Positions 40,762 to 55,750 are shown, counted from the first letter of the stretch. The stretch: DNA of 64,000 nt from Paraphysomonas bandaiensis (GCA_965644295.1 CBFFRP010000216.1:1-64000), one strand, 5' to 3'. Numbers and translations: made by a program. The notes: generated by a model not told the origin, from the letters alone.

Positions 40762-41859
40762 TTACAGAGAAAATTCTGTAGAGCGCAAAATTCTTTCATA
40801 TTGCTGAACAAATATATTTCCGAGTTCAACAACCATAGTAGACATCGCATCAATATCCTTTTTCCAGCAAAAAACAGGACCCTCGTTGTAGTCTCCATCT
40901 GACTCCAGTTCTCCCCATCTCCCACTATTTGTAGGTATTCCAAGAAACACAGTATGTCGCTGGGTTTCATTGTAGGCATCTGTTTCATCTTCAACTGCTT
41001 GCGGGTCCGAACAAAAGTAGTTCGTCTCGTAGGTATATGGTGCACAATCTAAATCCTTCCCATCATCATATGGCACACCGTTAACATATGTACACTTCCC
41101 CTCAAGATGTGCAAGCAATGCAAGAGTAACAGGGTCCGAGCGGACCTTCTCGATAACCACGTGGCCTTTGAGTTTACCTGCTGCAGCGGCACGTATGTTT
41201 TCTTCATTTACAGCAAGAGAGCCTACTCCAGTCACATCAATCACCGCTACAAAGTCATTGGGGATAAGAGTGCTCATGACATCTCTTGCACCACAGTAAC
41301 TAACACCTTGAATAGCCTTCTCTTCCCCATAAGTAACCTGGCATTGGACACGTTGACTAGGTAGTCTACCAGTAAAATAAGCACTGGTCATGGCATATAC
41401 CCCTGATGCATTGTCCATATGCCCAAATAATAAAGCTCCTTTGGATGAAGGAACATGAACACAATAGCTCTCTCCAAAGCATGTATCACCATGGGCTGAG
41501 AATACAATACAAGGCTCTCTATCTAAGTAAGCCCCATTTCCGCATTTCTCACATAAATCATAGTCGCACCTATCGCACGACGAAACTTTGTCTCTGAAAG
41601 TTATAGAACACGAGCATATGTCGCACTCCATGGTGTACTTCGCCAAGGAAGTTTTGAGAGGGTGTTGGAAATTGCAGAGCTTTCGGGGTTTACTATGACT
41701 GCTAATAACCATTTTCCCTGTGTATATTGTTGGTGGCTGGTCATCTTCTGGGGAAGGGCTGTTGGACTCACTGTATTTAACACCAGACAACTCTTCTCTG
41801 AGATCATTCACAGACAAGGTTGAAAAGGTTTTCGTTTCCTTAACTACAAAATCTGCCAT
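40762..41859 (-). CDS. Zn-dependent hydrolase-like (M20/M28/M42 fold) protein with CxxC..CxxC zinc finger, intronless
   Basis: FSAHGDT, GHMDNASGV, TYGEE and VIDVTG match aminopeptidase-fold metal ligands. CDIC...CDRCDYDLCEKC is a ZZ-like finger. Confidence 0.65.
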   Translation of the reverse strand: MADFVVKETKTFSTLSVNDLREELSGVKYSESNSPSPEDDQPPTIYTGKMVISSHSKPRKLCNFQHPLKTSLAKYTMECDICSCSITFRDKVSSCDRCDYDLCEKCGNGAYLDREPCIVFSAHGDTCFGESYCVHVPSSKGALLFGHMDNASGVYAMTSAYFTGRLPSQRVQCQVTYGEEKAIQGVSYCGARDVMSTLIPNDFVAVIDVTGVGSLAVNEENIRAAAAGKLKGHVVIEKVRSDPVTLALLAHLEGKCTYVNGVPYDDGKDLDCAPYTYETNYFCSDPQAVEDETDAYNETQRHTVFLGIPTNSGRWGELESDGDYNEGPVFCWKKDIDAMSTMVVELGNIFVQQYERILRSTEFSL

Positions 41860-42149
41860 CAGATAGAGGTCAGTATATATCAACTGCGTCTACTTATCGC
41901 TTCAAAATGATGCAGCGTTGACCTTCGCATGTGATCTGGATATACTTGCTGTCCGTGTCTGTGTATCCTCCATCCGACGAGAAATGTCGCCGCATGTTCC
42001 ACGCATACCAGCATTCCGGTATACGGTGGTACGAAGACGTAGTTCAATTTCCCGTATACGGATGTTGGCCCGGAGTCCTGAGACGGACCGTGTAATATAT
42101 TACAGTATTGCTGCTCGCTCTCTACGATACATAAGCACGAAGAAGTTTG

Positions 42150-43410
42150 CTTTTAAATGCTGCTAATACTCTTTGGAGAAGGGCTCACACAAGACGAGGC
42201 GGCCATGGAAAGTTCTTGTACTATAGCTCAGAAGATGATGTTGCTTACTTTGTCAGAAGATTCTTGGAAGATCTATTGTTGGAGCTAAATCTTCTGTTAG
42301 ATTTCAATGCGGAAGTGACAATAAAGCAAATTCGACCAGATATTTGTGTACTTGGTGGGTGTGGTAGAAGTCAAGAAGCCTGGATATAATGTGCTTCTTC
42401 AGCCTACTGTTCAGGGTGAATTAATGGATCAAATGTTGTTGGTGGAAGGTTTTTATGATAAGGACCAGTGACTGGCATCCTAACCACTGCCGAGGAGTGG
42501 CTAGTTTCATGGTTTCCTGTTGACTCTGGTGCATTGGCGTATGTTGATCCACCAGAAGCATCCTTCACCACCCCAATGAAACAAAAGTCCAGTTCTATAT
42601 CAGTTGAAACAAAGGGTCACAGTCCACCTGGTGGAACGCCTTCCCAGCAGCGCGGTGCAATTCACTGTATCGATGAAGTGATGGATATTTCTTTTGAAAT
42701 AGATGATGGAGTAACTCAGGAAGTGGAGCGTTTGCTGTAGGTGACCCGAGTCATGAACATCTATGCAGACCCCATTTGTGTGCTACAGCATTTGTGTGGT
42801 GCATTTCAGTTGATGTCTAAAGCGCATTTGCATCACACTGCAAATCTTCCGAGTTGTCTGTTGAAACTCCACAAATGAATGCACACAGTAACGTTCCATC
42901 CCGTGGCTTTTGAAGATGTTCTTTCAAAGGTAGATTATGACAAATATCCGAACAAGAATGTCAAGACGTTGGTGGCTTTGGAGGACCCAGGGCGCGGATC
43001 AACAAAAACGCTTGGCTGTGTGTAACTGTCACGCAGCCACGTTCTGCGTCATACGTTCTTAAGTTCGACAACAAGCATAGCCAGAGCGAAAAGTTAGTAA
43101 AGGAGAGAGATATGTGGCACTTGCTCTATCCAGAGTTCTCCACTATGGTCAGGCTAGAACACTGGGCTGGATCTGATGCGTTGGTCATGCCACACTTCTC
43201 CACGGTACTGGATTCAGAGCGTGAGCAGTACAAAGATGTATTACTGGAAGTATTGGTATCCTATTTCAGGGAGAAAGACAAGGTGCACCGAGTGTGCGAT
43301 GGCGCAATATTGGAAAATATAGAAACTGGAGTGGAGCAATTGCATTAGTTGTTTATGATTTGCATGACGTAGTGGATTATGATGAGGACGTTCATCGTGA
43401 TTGGATTGAA
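42150..43410 (+). pseudogene. Degenerate restriction-endonuclease-like + kinase-like (Crinkler/CR-effector-type) gene
   Basis: RPDICVL..VVEVKKPG (PD-(D/E)xK pattern), GRGST..AW..VLKF, LVMP, VHR..RWRNIG and YDLHD spread over several frames with stops. Confidence 0.6.
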
Positions 43411-44028
43411 AAGGCCATACAGTCTCTGTATTCACACGTGTAAATACAATGCTTGATAATCAATTCCTTATATTTCCACCATTTTTCTAATCTTCAAGTG
43501 TTACCGTCGTTGTGTTTTCCTTTGCTAACACGTCTGTCCACCTTCTTCCTGCTTCAATTCACTCTAATTTCAATATAGTGTAAAAGTGGTAGTGTATCGA
43601 GCCCAACAAATTATATTATGAGAAAATAAAATGATTTTTCTAACTACTACTTTTACTACAATTTTATCAATATATTTATTTGGAATAAAAAGGATATATC
43701 TTATTCTAAAAAATTGGACAAGGGATGAAGTTGCACATTAGTTGTGCAGCATTTGCCTCTACGTTTTCACTTTCTTTGGTAGTTCTAGTGGTGCTCTATT
43801 GTGATGTGTCTATACGTTCCCAACTATACGACATATCAAATGGCGAAACAAATTACCCTGCAGGGGTTTATTAGTCAAGACATCTGCCAGCATATCCCTT
43901 GTAGTTAAGTACTCCAGCTTAATGCAACTTTATCATGTTGTTCTTTGACCAATGCTTGTCTTACACGTAGCTATTTCGACCTGTATTTGCCTCCTTCCTT
44001 TGTCATGAGGCTGAGGTTCGACATATTG

Positions 44029-44533
44029 AAAGTCTTATTATTAGCAATAGGCGTTAAAAACCTGTACCAACTTAGTAGCTAGATGAATGCTAGACAAACT
44101 AGTTAGACCTCTACCTGTAACTAATCAGTACACACTTTTTTTATCCTACTATATAACGCTACGGAAGCTGCTTGTGCGTCGCCGCAAGCACCAAGGTGTG
44201 ACCACTTCCGCTCTAAGTTCTTAAGGTAAACATCCCGAATGCTTGACTTCAGCAGGCAGCCCTATACCCCGGTTACCCTTCCGGTGGTCCCTGTCCCGGA
44301 TGCCCTTGAGGTGGGTCCATTCCCGGATGCCTGTTTATTCGTCACGGCCCAAAGACGTCTACACAAGTGACACTTATTGATGTCCCTTGTACCACACAAG
44401 CATTCGGCTATGAGTGGGCAGAAGAATATCTGCTGACTATGTTTGCGGCTCACGTTAGTTTCCCAGAGAGAATCTCTCCGGTACTTATCCCCCAGAACAC
44501 CACGAAAAGGGACGAGTCCGACTTTGTTGAGGG
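44029..44533 (-). mobile_element. ~505-bp non-LTR/SINE-like retroposon with 16-bp TSD
   Basis: gaggttcgacatattg at 44013-44028 and 44534-44549 flanks it. Homologues occur at 9410-9540 and 9621-9990. Confidence 0.85.
44446..44533 (-). ncRNA. Candidate HDV-like self-cleaving ribozyme (degenerate)
   Basis: Minus-strand order: P1 CCUCAAC, P2 CGGaCUCGU, P3 (C/A)CC, L3 UUUUCGU, GGU, P1' GUU(C/G)UGG, GGG, P4 CCGGAGAG-AUU-CUCUCUGG, J4/2 ACUAAC, P2' GUGAGCCG. Confidence 0.5.
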
Positions 44534-44637
44534 GAGGTTCGACATATTGTCCTGAAACACGACAGGTGGGTCAAGTTTGTAACCGTGCTCACATGTGAAC
44601 TCATGTATCTTCATCACACAGGATAACTTCCCCATAT

Positions 44638-45058
44638 TGGCAGCGTAACTAATCGCTGCTTTGACCATTTAGTGAGTGCTGCTGAGTGTTGCGACCGCGT
44701 GCTTCTACCTATGTACACATTACTTAATTCAGCGCTTCCCTGCCCACTCACTGCATATTCAGCGCTAAATACAATGTGATAGTGATGTAGCTAGTTGCTC
44801 CATTCTGAGCGCGTACTTATGTAGATCCGGGTGGGGGCCGGGTGGGTACCTAACTAATACTTGATTAAGCCCCATATGTTATTTGCTAGCTATCTACTGA
44901 ACCCAACTAGCTACATCATTATCACACGGTATTCAGCGCTGAATATGCAGTGAGAAACGCTGAACTAAGCAAAATGTGTACATAGATAGAAGTGCGCGGT
45001 CGCAATACTCAGCAGCACCCACTAGAGGGCCGCACGCAGTGATTAGTTACGCTGTCAG
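44638..45058. mobile_element. Foldback element / MITE with ~155-bp imperfect TIRs
   Basis: cagcgtaactaatc...ctcactgcatattcagcgct...tgatgtagctagttg is mirrored by caactagctacatca...agcgctgaatatgcagtgag...gattagttacgctg. G-rich core; no TSD seen. Confidence 0.85.
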
Positions 45059-45514
45059 TCTGCAGCAATCCTGAGTGATGACACCGTTAGATATGTGTAT
45101 GTATTGCAATATATTGCCAGATTGACGGCTGACGCCGCTAAATAACCGGCGATTTTACCTCTCAACAGGTAAAATGCGTTGAAATACCTCTCAGAAGATC
45201 TGAATGAGAAATATTTCTTAGATGTCAACCCCAGCGCCCCACTCTGTATTTCTAGCATTCACATCAGTAAATTTTCTATTCTTGATACGAGGAATATAAC
45301 TTTCATATCAGATATATACCGAAATGCTCACATATGAGTTATTCGTGTGGGGTATCATTCATAAAAGCACTGTGTTACAAAAATTAATGTTTGCGAGCAT
45401 CACAAGGTCAACATAGTACTGTGCCATGTCATATACAAAATACAAAGTATTGCAGGTGTCAGGGATAAGGAACTACTAAACAGCTAGTATGTATTATGTA
45501 ATGTGGGAGAATAC

Positions 45515-45790
45515 TATTCAACCTCTAGTCTGATAGGTTAAATTATCTAGTCACAATAATTTTGGTGTACAATCCAAGTCAAAGCAATAAATAATTCTAT
45601 ATCTGCATATATAAAATTGATGGCTAGTTAAATACCATAAACACCTAGTCATCCTAATCATTGTAAACTAAATGTATACATGATGTAATGTTTAATGACT
45701 ACATTTTCAACCATTTGACTTGTTTTTCCCACTAAATTTGGTGTGACTTGGATATTACACCGCATTGACTAGAGGTCCAACAATAGATCT
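45515..45790. repeat. Small AT-rich repeat with imperfect inverted ends; second copy at ~31010-31165
   Basis: ataaacacct..agtca.cct...attgtaaact...tttggtgtgact.gga.attacacc is shared between the two sites. Confidence 0.65.
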
Positions 45791-46149
45791 CTGTACATAC
45801 TCAACAACATATATTGAAATTTTATATTTGTATTATGGAATGCTACCCTTATTACGATTTCGAATTCATATATCTGATTATTCTGTCTAAAATGCAAACA
45901 TGTTTTTGGCGAAGAGTTAGTCACAACTTTCTTAAAGCACACTCAACTAATAAAATTACCCATCAAAAGAGTGCTGACATCAACAGTTGGGCCAAAATAA
46001 TACTCACGCACTGTCATTCGGACAATAGCTGCTCTTAAGTAATTACGTAAGGGAGCAAATCACACATTATTTTGCTTTTGTGGCCTACTAGATGGTCACA
46101 GGAATGAAGCCACATATTCATGAACAACGAACTTATTATTTACGTCAAA

Positions 46150-48198
<2,049 letters not shown>

Positions 48199-48670
48199 AT
48201 CTTCTAGAGCTGATGAATAATTCCGTAAATATCTACAGAGTGTTTATAACACAACGGTACAAATGCTACGTACGATCCACTGAGCAATAACCACCCTAGT
48301 GATCGCTACCTATCGAGATATGAATAATTAACACACTAATTAGCAGGCAGGTCCGCCCGTCCCTAACACACCACACCACTTACATCTGTATACTATTGTA
48401 TTCCGCCCCATCATACACTCTGTATCGTTTGTACACAGAAATGGACTTGTTTTCCACACAGCAGGAAATAACCCTTTATTTTTAGGAGAATTACAATATT
48501 TCTAATTTCTTGACAACAAATCACTGATTTTGTAATTCGACTGCACTTTCATGTAGATCTGGAGTACGTGTAGGATAAGAAGAACATGCTGATACAACAG
48601 GCAGAGCTGAGGCGAATACTAGTCTATATGACAGTGTGTATGATTCTATAATTACCATACTCAGAGGGCT

Positions 48671-50280
48671 ATGTACTCTATATTTCGTGTGTTTTTTGCG
48701 GTATGCAGTCTTCATGTGTGCTCATCCACCAGCATAACTGGCGTTAACGTTGGAGGGTGGCTCCTCATAGGTTTGCTTCTCTCTATGGTAAATTACGTTT
48801 ATAAAGGTTTCGTATCAATACAGAGGAATGGATGTTCAGCAACGGGATGTTTGATAAGGTTGCAGAACTTGCTGACGAGCCACAAGGTGTGATATTACCG
48901 CCTGGACTTCCCAATGGATTCGGTCAGAAGTGGTATTCTGAAGGTGACTTGATTAACAAGTTATACGAGACCTTTGGTACAGAAAAAACAATTGACTATC
49001 TTCAGAAACATCGTGATGAGTACATTACTAGTGCTGATTTTGCTGCTATGGCAGAGGCCGGTATTTCTTCTGTGCGTGTTCCTGTGGGGTGGTGGGCCTT
49101 CACTAACCAAAGTACTTGTGATGACCCTATTCTAATTTCTGATCCTGTGTATGACGACCGCAAATTTGTTACTATTCCACATGTTTTTTTAAAGAAGACT
49201 TTAACCGATATTAAAAATGCTGGAATGAAGGCACTATTAGATATACATGCATTTCCTGGCGGCTCCGCAAGTAAGTCGTTGTACACACAGCAGTATATAT
49301 TGCTTATGTTCACTTTGAGTATTATAGCAAATCTTGTACATATGATCATAATCAATACTTAATTCTATTGTATTAGGTGGATCCTACAATGGCATTTACC
49401 CTAATACCCCTGTCTTCTTCAAGAACGAATCTCTCCAGGACATGGGGTTTGAAATAATCCACAACCTGTGCAACTTCTATCAATCGCTCGAAACAGACGT
49501 TCGAAGCAGTATTATGGGTATTACACTGATGAATGAGCCAGCACATATCATGCCCGAGGATAAGAATACTATGGAGTTGTGGCTTGCCAATGCAATTGAC
49601 ATATTCCGACAGCGTATCGCCAATCAATCTCCTCATCCGCTTTTGTTCGTTAATTTAATTGGCTCATGTATGTCTGACAACGATATGCTGGAGTTTATGG
49701 TGAAAACTTTTACACAACAAGAGTTGGAGCAGTGGGCAGTGCTGGATGTGCATGTGTATTATGCTTGGGATGGCAGCCGGTCGGGCTGTATGGTACGTGT
49801 TGTGTTGTCTTTTCAGCTGTGCGTGAAGTACATGTGATCATAATACAACATTTTGCCTGCAGTGAAGTGCGTAGTCGAGGATCGCGTTGTATTGGAATTA
49901 TTGAAGTGAATATATGTATGACCTGTGTATTGTAGGATATGTATGACGACTGCTCTTACGCTTGCAGTGTTGACACGTCCTCGGAGTCATATGCTGAGGT
50001 TGTGTCGAACATGTATGCTTCAGCCGCCACGTCACATAGCTTTTTCATATCAAATGGATCCGTCCCGCTTGTAGGATGCTCAGAATTCTCTCTCGCAACC
50101 TACCATGACAGTAACAATGCATGTCGGGGCTACAACATGCTCCAGATGATGCATGATGCTCAAGCCGAAGGGTTCGCAGCACAAGGTATGCAAGATAAGT
50201 CTCTCTTTTGGACTTGGAAAATGCCATATGGCGGTAGCCATGAAGATGCATGGTCACTGCAGAACTATTTGCAGAAGTAA
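48671..50280 (+). CDS. Secreted GH5 exo-beta-1,3-glucanase-like hydrolase (3 introns)
   Basis: GVNVGGWLL-EEWM, VRVPVGWW, LLDIHAFPGG, MNEP (acid/base), DVHVY, SEFSLA (nucleophile) and FWTWK. Confidence 0.92.
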
Positions 50281-51028
50281 ACAACAACTTATATAGGGTT
50301 CAGTATTATATAGGTATATAATCTCTGTGGATGCTTGCCCTTTGTTTTTGCATGGCTGCCATTATATGACATTAACCGTTTTCGTGCGTTACACGGATAT
50401 AATGCTAATAATTTGTAACATGCTAAAGAAATATGGAATATTTTCTTCATATATCCAGTGTAGAAGATATGAATGTATTGCATCATCACGGGCAATATGT
50501 GTATGTATCATCATTTGTGTATCTAGCACTGCACTCTGATATCTGAGATAATAAGCTTTCAAGAAGTTGAGACTCTACATGCAGCCCCCTTGTCATGTCA
50601 AGCTTCTTCAATTTGGTTAAGTGTCATGTACTAAGTATAGTAATGACATATGAGTACCCACTTTTAAGATATGGATGTACCTGTGATTTGTGGGTTATAG
50701 GCGGTTCAGAAGTTCGCGATAGTGTTGCGTGTTGCACGTTGCACATGTCTTCGTACAGGCTTCTACAGTTTGAGATCTTATAACATGAAACAGCTCATAT
50801 TTTCGGTCATATTTAAAACATTATCGTCGCAATGAGAATAATTCTTAATCGTCTAGGGTAACGACACACCGTCTACGTTTGCTTAAGACACATAACTTGC
50901 ATCATAGAGAAAGCATTCTTTCAAACTTGCTTATGGTTTAATTAAAGCAGTACTGTGAAGGAGAGCAGCAATTAGAAGAATACGAGCTTAAACTGAACAA
51001 CTACTGTTTTACTAACGAACATGTAGGA

Positions 51029-51471
51029 TTAGGGGTTGGCTTTCTGCATGAGTGTTATGCAATCACCTTTCAGCAATATGCGCCCTGCAAAAACACAATA
51101 ACATTACCATTAAAAAGGTTCCAACATTAGCAAATACCTATAGCTGTACTTTCTTGAGTCTTAACATTGACTTCAGACGCCTCATCTAAAACAATGTTCA
51201 TGTACTCATCAAACCCCTGAAACAAAAGAGATTAGTGTTATCAAAGTAATGTATGAATACAGTCCCATACAATAATAATGCCTTCGATTCTCATTGCCGT
51301 GTTCTCGTAAAGCCAGATTTGTACACGATCACGCTGTAATAAAAATCTGAGCATCGTTATATAATGCACTCAAGCACTATGCACCTTTTGCAAATGCTCA
51401 TATATAACATTAATGGCCTGGGTCATGACCTTCTTGACCCTGGGGGCCCCTCCTTGTCCGCGATACGACAT
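51029..51471 (-). CDS. SNRPE: Small nuclear ribonucleoprotein E (4 exons; missed by the ORF track)
   Basis: Spliced KKVMTQAINVIYEHLQK / RDRVQIWLYENTAMRIEGIII / GFDEYMNIVLDEASEV / GRILLKGDCITLMQ. Confidence 0.95.
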
Positions 51472-52075
51472 ACTAATACGGGTTAATTTAATGAGAAGCT
51501 ACGATAACACCCGTGGAGTAAATGTTGTGAATGATAACAAGTCAAGCGTAAAGCCCCACAGCAGTAGCAGTACACAGCAGATATATTGCTAGCAGTGTAC
51601 GGTGTGTACCTGCTATACTACTGCTGGCCTGTATACACACTCTGTGGTATGACGGTATGCTGGGCACCATTTGTGCTGTATTCACAGATTCCGGTATACA
51701 GCGGAGTACAGTGTATATGGTATATTGTACATGAATCCACTGGTGTGGATATGCACATATAGCCAATGAGACAGCTGCGTACACGTGGATTACCATGACA
51801 TTCATGGCATACCGCATCCACCCCACCATACCTTCTTCCAACTCAACTATCATGTTTCCGTACGTCGCAGCACACACCTTCTCTTTCGTTCCAGTCATTG
51901 TATGATCATATATGTGTTTTAGTAGCCTCTCGTCCAAGCTCTGTCTGTTAGTCCACTGTAGAGGTTGTACTGAGGACTCTCCCATCTTGATATCGATCAA
52001 GATTGGATTGTCTTATCATATGATTCATATCATAATTCATAATATAGCGATACATAAGAAGACTTTAATGTGGAT

Positions 52076-54613
52076 ATGGATAGCAATATTGTCAGTACAT
52101 GTGTGCAGAGCGGTGATATCGAAGCTGACCTCACGGAAGGTCAGACTTGCGAGTTCCCCACTCTCGATTTGATCTGTTTAGAAGCTAACAATGAAAACTA
52201 TCTCGATCATGAAATTGTAACGGCAGTCCCTTACTCCAGAAGAATTCGATTTGAATCTGGAAGGTTAAAGGAAGCAACATTGACTTGGCATAATCTCGAG
52301 AAACATGTAGAGGTGGATGATTGTGGTGTAAAAAGGGAAAAGCAGATACTCTTTAAGGTCAGTGGAGTCGCAAAGCCAACAGAGATGGTTGCAATGATGG
52401 GCCCTAGTGGGAGTGGGTACGTCTTGTGCATTGCAAGTTTTCTGAAATAGTTACAATTTCGTGTTGAATAATTACATTCGTCACCCTAACTAACATCATC
52501 ATCCAGAAAAACTACACTGCTTAATATTTTGGGTGGCCGCAGCCACTACAAGTTGAAAGGAGAGCTATATATGAATGGAGAGCCATTCAATAAATCCATG
52601 CGTCGAAGCATCGCATATGTGCTCCAGGATGATATATTCTACATGCAGCTGACTGTGCGGCAACAACTGGCTATAACAGCCAATCTGAGACTACCCGATT
52701 ATGTGTCTAGTCAAGATAAGAAAGCGGCAGTGAGCCAAGTCATAGCCTCCTTACGACTGGATACATGTGCAGATACTCCGATTCTTTTGCTATCGGGGGG
52801 TGAGAGGAAGAGATGTAATATTGGCACTGAAATGCTGACCAACCCCTGTGTTCTACTTCTTGATGAACCCACGTCAGGTAGTATAACAAGCATATCATGT
52901 ACACGGAGTACTATATATTTGCTGTGGGAATTAGTACGGGCTTGATATTGTACAGAGTTTTTCTAGTAAATATTGAATAAGCTATTATACAATTAATGAA
53001 TGATCCTCTTGTGCACACAGGTCTGGACAGTACTGCAGCCCATTGCTTAATGGATACCCTTCGATCTCTAGCACAAGATCGCATGACTATCATATCTTCC
53101 ATTCACCAGCCGTCGTCAAGGGTTTTCTACTCCTTCGATAGGTTGTTACTCCTAGCAGATGGATGCACAGTGTATTCTGGTAAGCCGCAGAATTGTACGG
53201 CGTACTTTTCGAAGCTGAAGTATTGTCCTCCGATGGACTACAATCCTGCGGACTTCATTATGGATTTAGTCAACTCTACTGGGCAATCTGACTCCGAAAC
53301 AGAATCTGTGAAATCAATTCGAGCGCATCTTATCGATTCATGGGATCGTGAGTGTAGTATAAAAGCTTCGAAGGAAGATTCCATTCATGTCGAATGCTCA
53401 TCAGATGATGACATATTTCATGCCGAAACATTTGATATATGTATTGATGACAGTGCAATACAACAGTATCCGTCCAGTTACTGGACACAATTTATTACTC
53501 TGCTTGGCCGTGCAATGTTGGTATCCAAGACTTCGTCCATGACAACTCTGCAAGTCAGCCAAACTATACTTTTGGCTGTTATAAGTGGGTTGTGCTGGTT
53601 TGACATGGCCTATGAAGAGAGGCGTGTTATTGACCGTGCGGGTTTTTTATTTTCGTTCATGACATTTTGGTTTTTTCTGACACTTTTCCAAGGACTCAGT
53701 CAATTCCTCCCGGAACGGATAATCGTCTTAAAAGAACGAGCATCTGGCTCATATCGTCTATCGGCTTATTACTTTTCAAAAACGCTTTCTGAGCTGCCAG
53801 TGAGGCTAGCGATGCCGTTTTTATTTTTGTTAATATCATTCCCTATGGCATGTGAGTAATCAACCTATTGAGAATATAATACTGTCGAGTATATATCCCT
53901 TAACGTTACAATTATGGTTTTCGTATGTATTTTTACACGCGTGTACAAGCTGATTGCACTATTTACAAATAGTACTGTCTTATCAGCGTTATTTTCAGCA
54001 ATGTCCCCATCTGTGGTAGTGTTCATTGGGGTAGTCGGTGTTCAGCTTCTGGCTGCATTAGCGGGGGAATCTATCGGGCTTTTCATTGGAACCACAACAA
54101 TGGTACGACGGTAATTCAGATGTGTTGTTAAAGTGAAACTATGTCCGTATGTTTATACACATTTGTGGACGTACTATATATGAATATCAGCAAGAATGTA
54201 ATAAGAAATAGATTTGTAGCATGTTGTGAGAGACTAACTCTGAACTTTAGGACTTCGAGAAGGCTGCAGTAACCGCGACTTTGACATCCACAGCACTTAT
54301 GTTAACTGGTGGTTACTTTGTGCAAAATCTTCCGGAATTTATGTCATGGATAAAGTATTTATCACCATTTAAATACAGTTATGATGCCTGTCTGAAGCTT
54401 GTTTTCGACCGGAGTATCCCCTGTAACGGTGGCGATATTCTTTATGAGTGCTCTTATTCTAAGCATGTTCCTCCTGAGGCTGCACTTAAGTTCCTTGGCC
54501 AAACAGGTTCGATTGAGTTCAATGTGGGAATGCTGTTGTTGTTCATTTTCGTATTTCGACTTGGTGCATACATGGCGCTCAGATTTATTCCGCATAACAA
54601 TGGTAGGAAGTAA
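52076..54613 (+). CDS. ABCG half transporter (White/WBC family)
   Basis: GPSGSG-KTT, LSGGERKR, LLLDEPTSGLDS, SIHQPS and a C-terminal ABC2 membrane domain. Confidence 0.95.
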
Positions 54614-55114
54614 GTTAATAGTGTTTTTTCTGGTGTTCTAGTCATATTAGCTGTCACAGTTGAGTAGCTAAATGTAAAGAGCTGAATGAAGTTAGTTGTT
54701 TCCTTGAACATGGATTCGTAGTTCTTTAAATAATAATCCTAGCTATTGTATTACGTATTATTACTGAACGTATCTACCGTTTAGCTGACGTATTAAGCCC
54801 TATGAATGCACAAATACTAAATATATATCGAGTAGAAAAACACTTTGAGGTTTAGTGATTGGCTACACACGTGTTCTAATGTAGGTGGACCGTTTTCAGA
54901 ATATCATTGAATATATAACATCACGGTAAATAATACTTTCCGTGCTTCCATTATATCGACTGATGAGAGCACATCAAAATACGAAGACTGGACTATTCAC
55001 ATGAATTTTCAATACATTCACTACATAAGATCAGCGCAGCTCGATACAAAAGTCTCTTTAAAACTAGCCACGTTACAGTACAGTGAAGTACCTCGTAATT
55101 CACGTCCACCATAG

Positions 55115-55526
55115 TCAATGTGTAACATTTCGGGCAATATACCTACTTCCTGAAAGTTTTTGATCTTCAGCTTCTTTCTCTATTAATATATTCGCAGCTT
55201 TCTGTAACTCTTGGATCGTTCTATCATACTCAACTTTACTTTGTTCTTTCCTACTCAATGCTTCATTAGCTTTGAATAATCTATTCCTCAGGGCTGATAT
55301 GTCCCTCTGAGTGATGGCTTTTTCTTCTTCAAGAGATGCTATCGATTTATCCAACTCTAGTTTATCCGCTATCAATTGTTCCTTGTACTCTGTCTGGGAA
55401 TATGTAAGCACGGAGATTGATGAACAACAGACTGACACATACCACTAACTTCTCGCTTTCAGACACCTCAGCACTCGCACCAGATATATTGGCAAACATA
55501 TTATCAACACTGCTCTTCTCCTCCAT
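55115..55526 (-). CDS. DIP13/SSNA1(NA14)-like coiled-coil protein (1 intron)
   Basis: EEEKAITQRDISALRNRLFKANEALSRKEQSKVEYDRTIQE resembles the SSNA1 core as recalled. Confidence 0.65.
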
Positions 55527-55654
55527 CAGCACGTAAGGACAACGGTGCGAAGGGTCACACACAGGCAGGTTTATTATCAAAGCAGCATACCAATATTGTG
55601 AAGAGTGATATCTCGACTCTACTGCTGTGTGATATGTGTACTCCAGTACTGCTG

Positions 55655-55750
55655 TATGTAGGTAGGTAGGTAGGTAGGTAGGTGTATGTAGGTACTGTAG
55701 GTAGTGGGTAGGTACTGCTGTATTATGTAGGTAGGTAGGTAGGTAGGTAC
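55655..55750 (+). repeat. (GTAG)n microsatellite inside a bidirectional promoter
   Basis: Two tracts of gtaggtaggtagg interleaved with tactgctgtat. Confidence 0.9.

Larger units (their letters stand above)
43830..44630 (-). mobile_element. Copia RNase H remnant split by an insertion
   Basis: GYKLDPPVVFQDNMSNL | SLMTKEGGKYRSK*LRVRQALVKE...YLTTRDMLADVLT-KPLQG reads through once 44029-44549 is removed. Confidence 0.85.
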
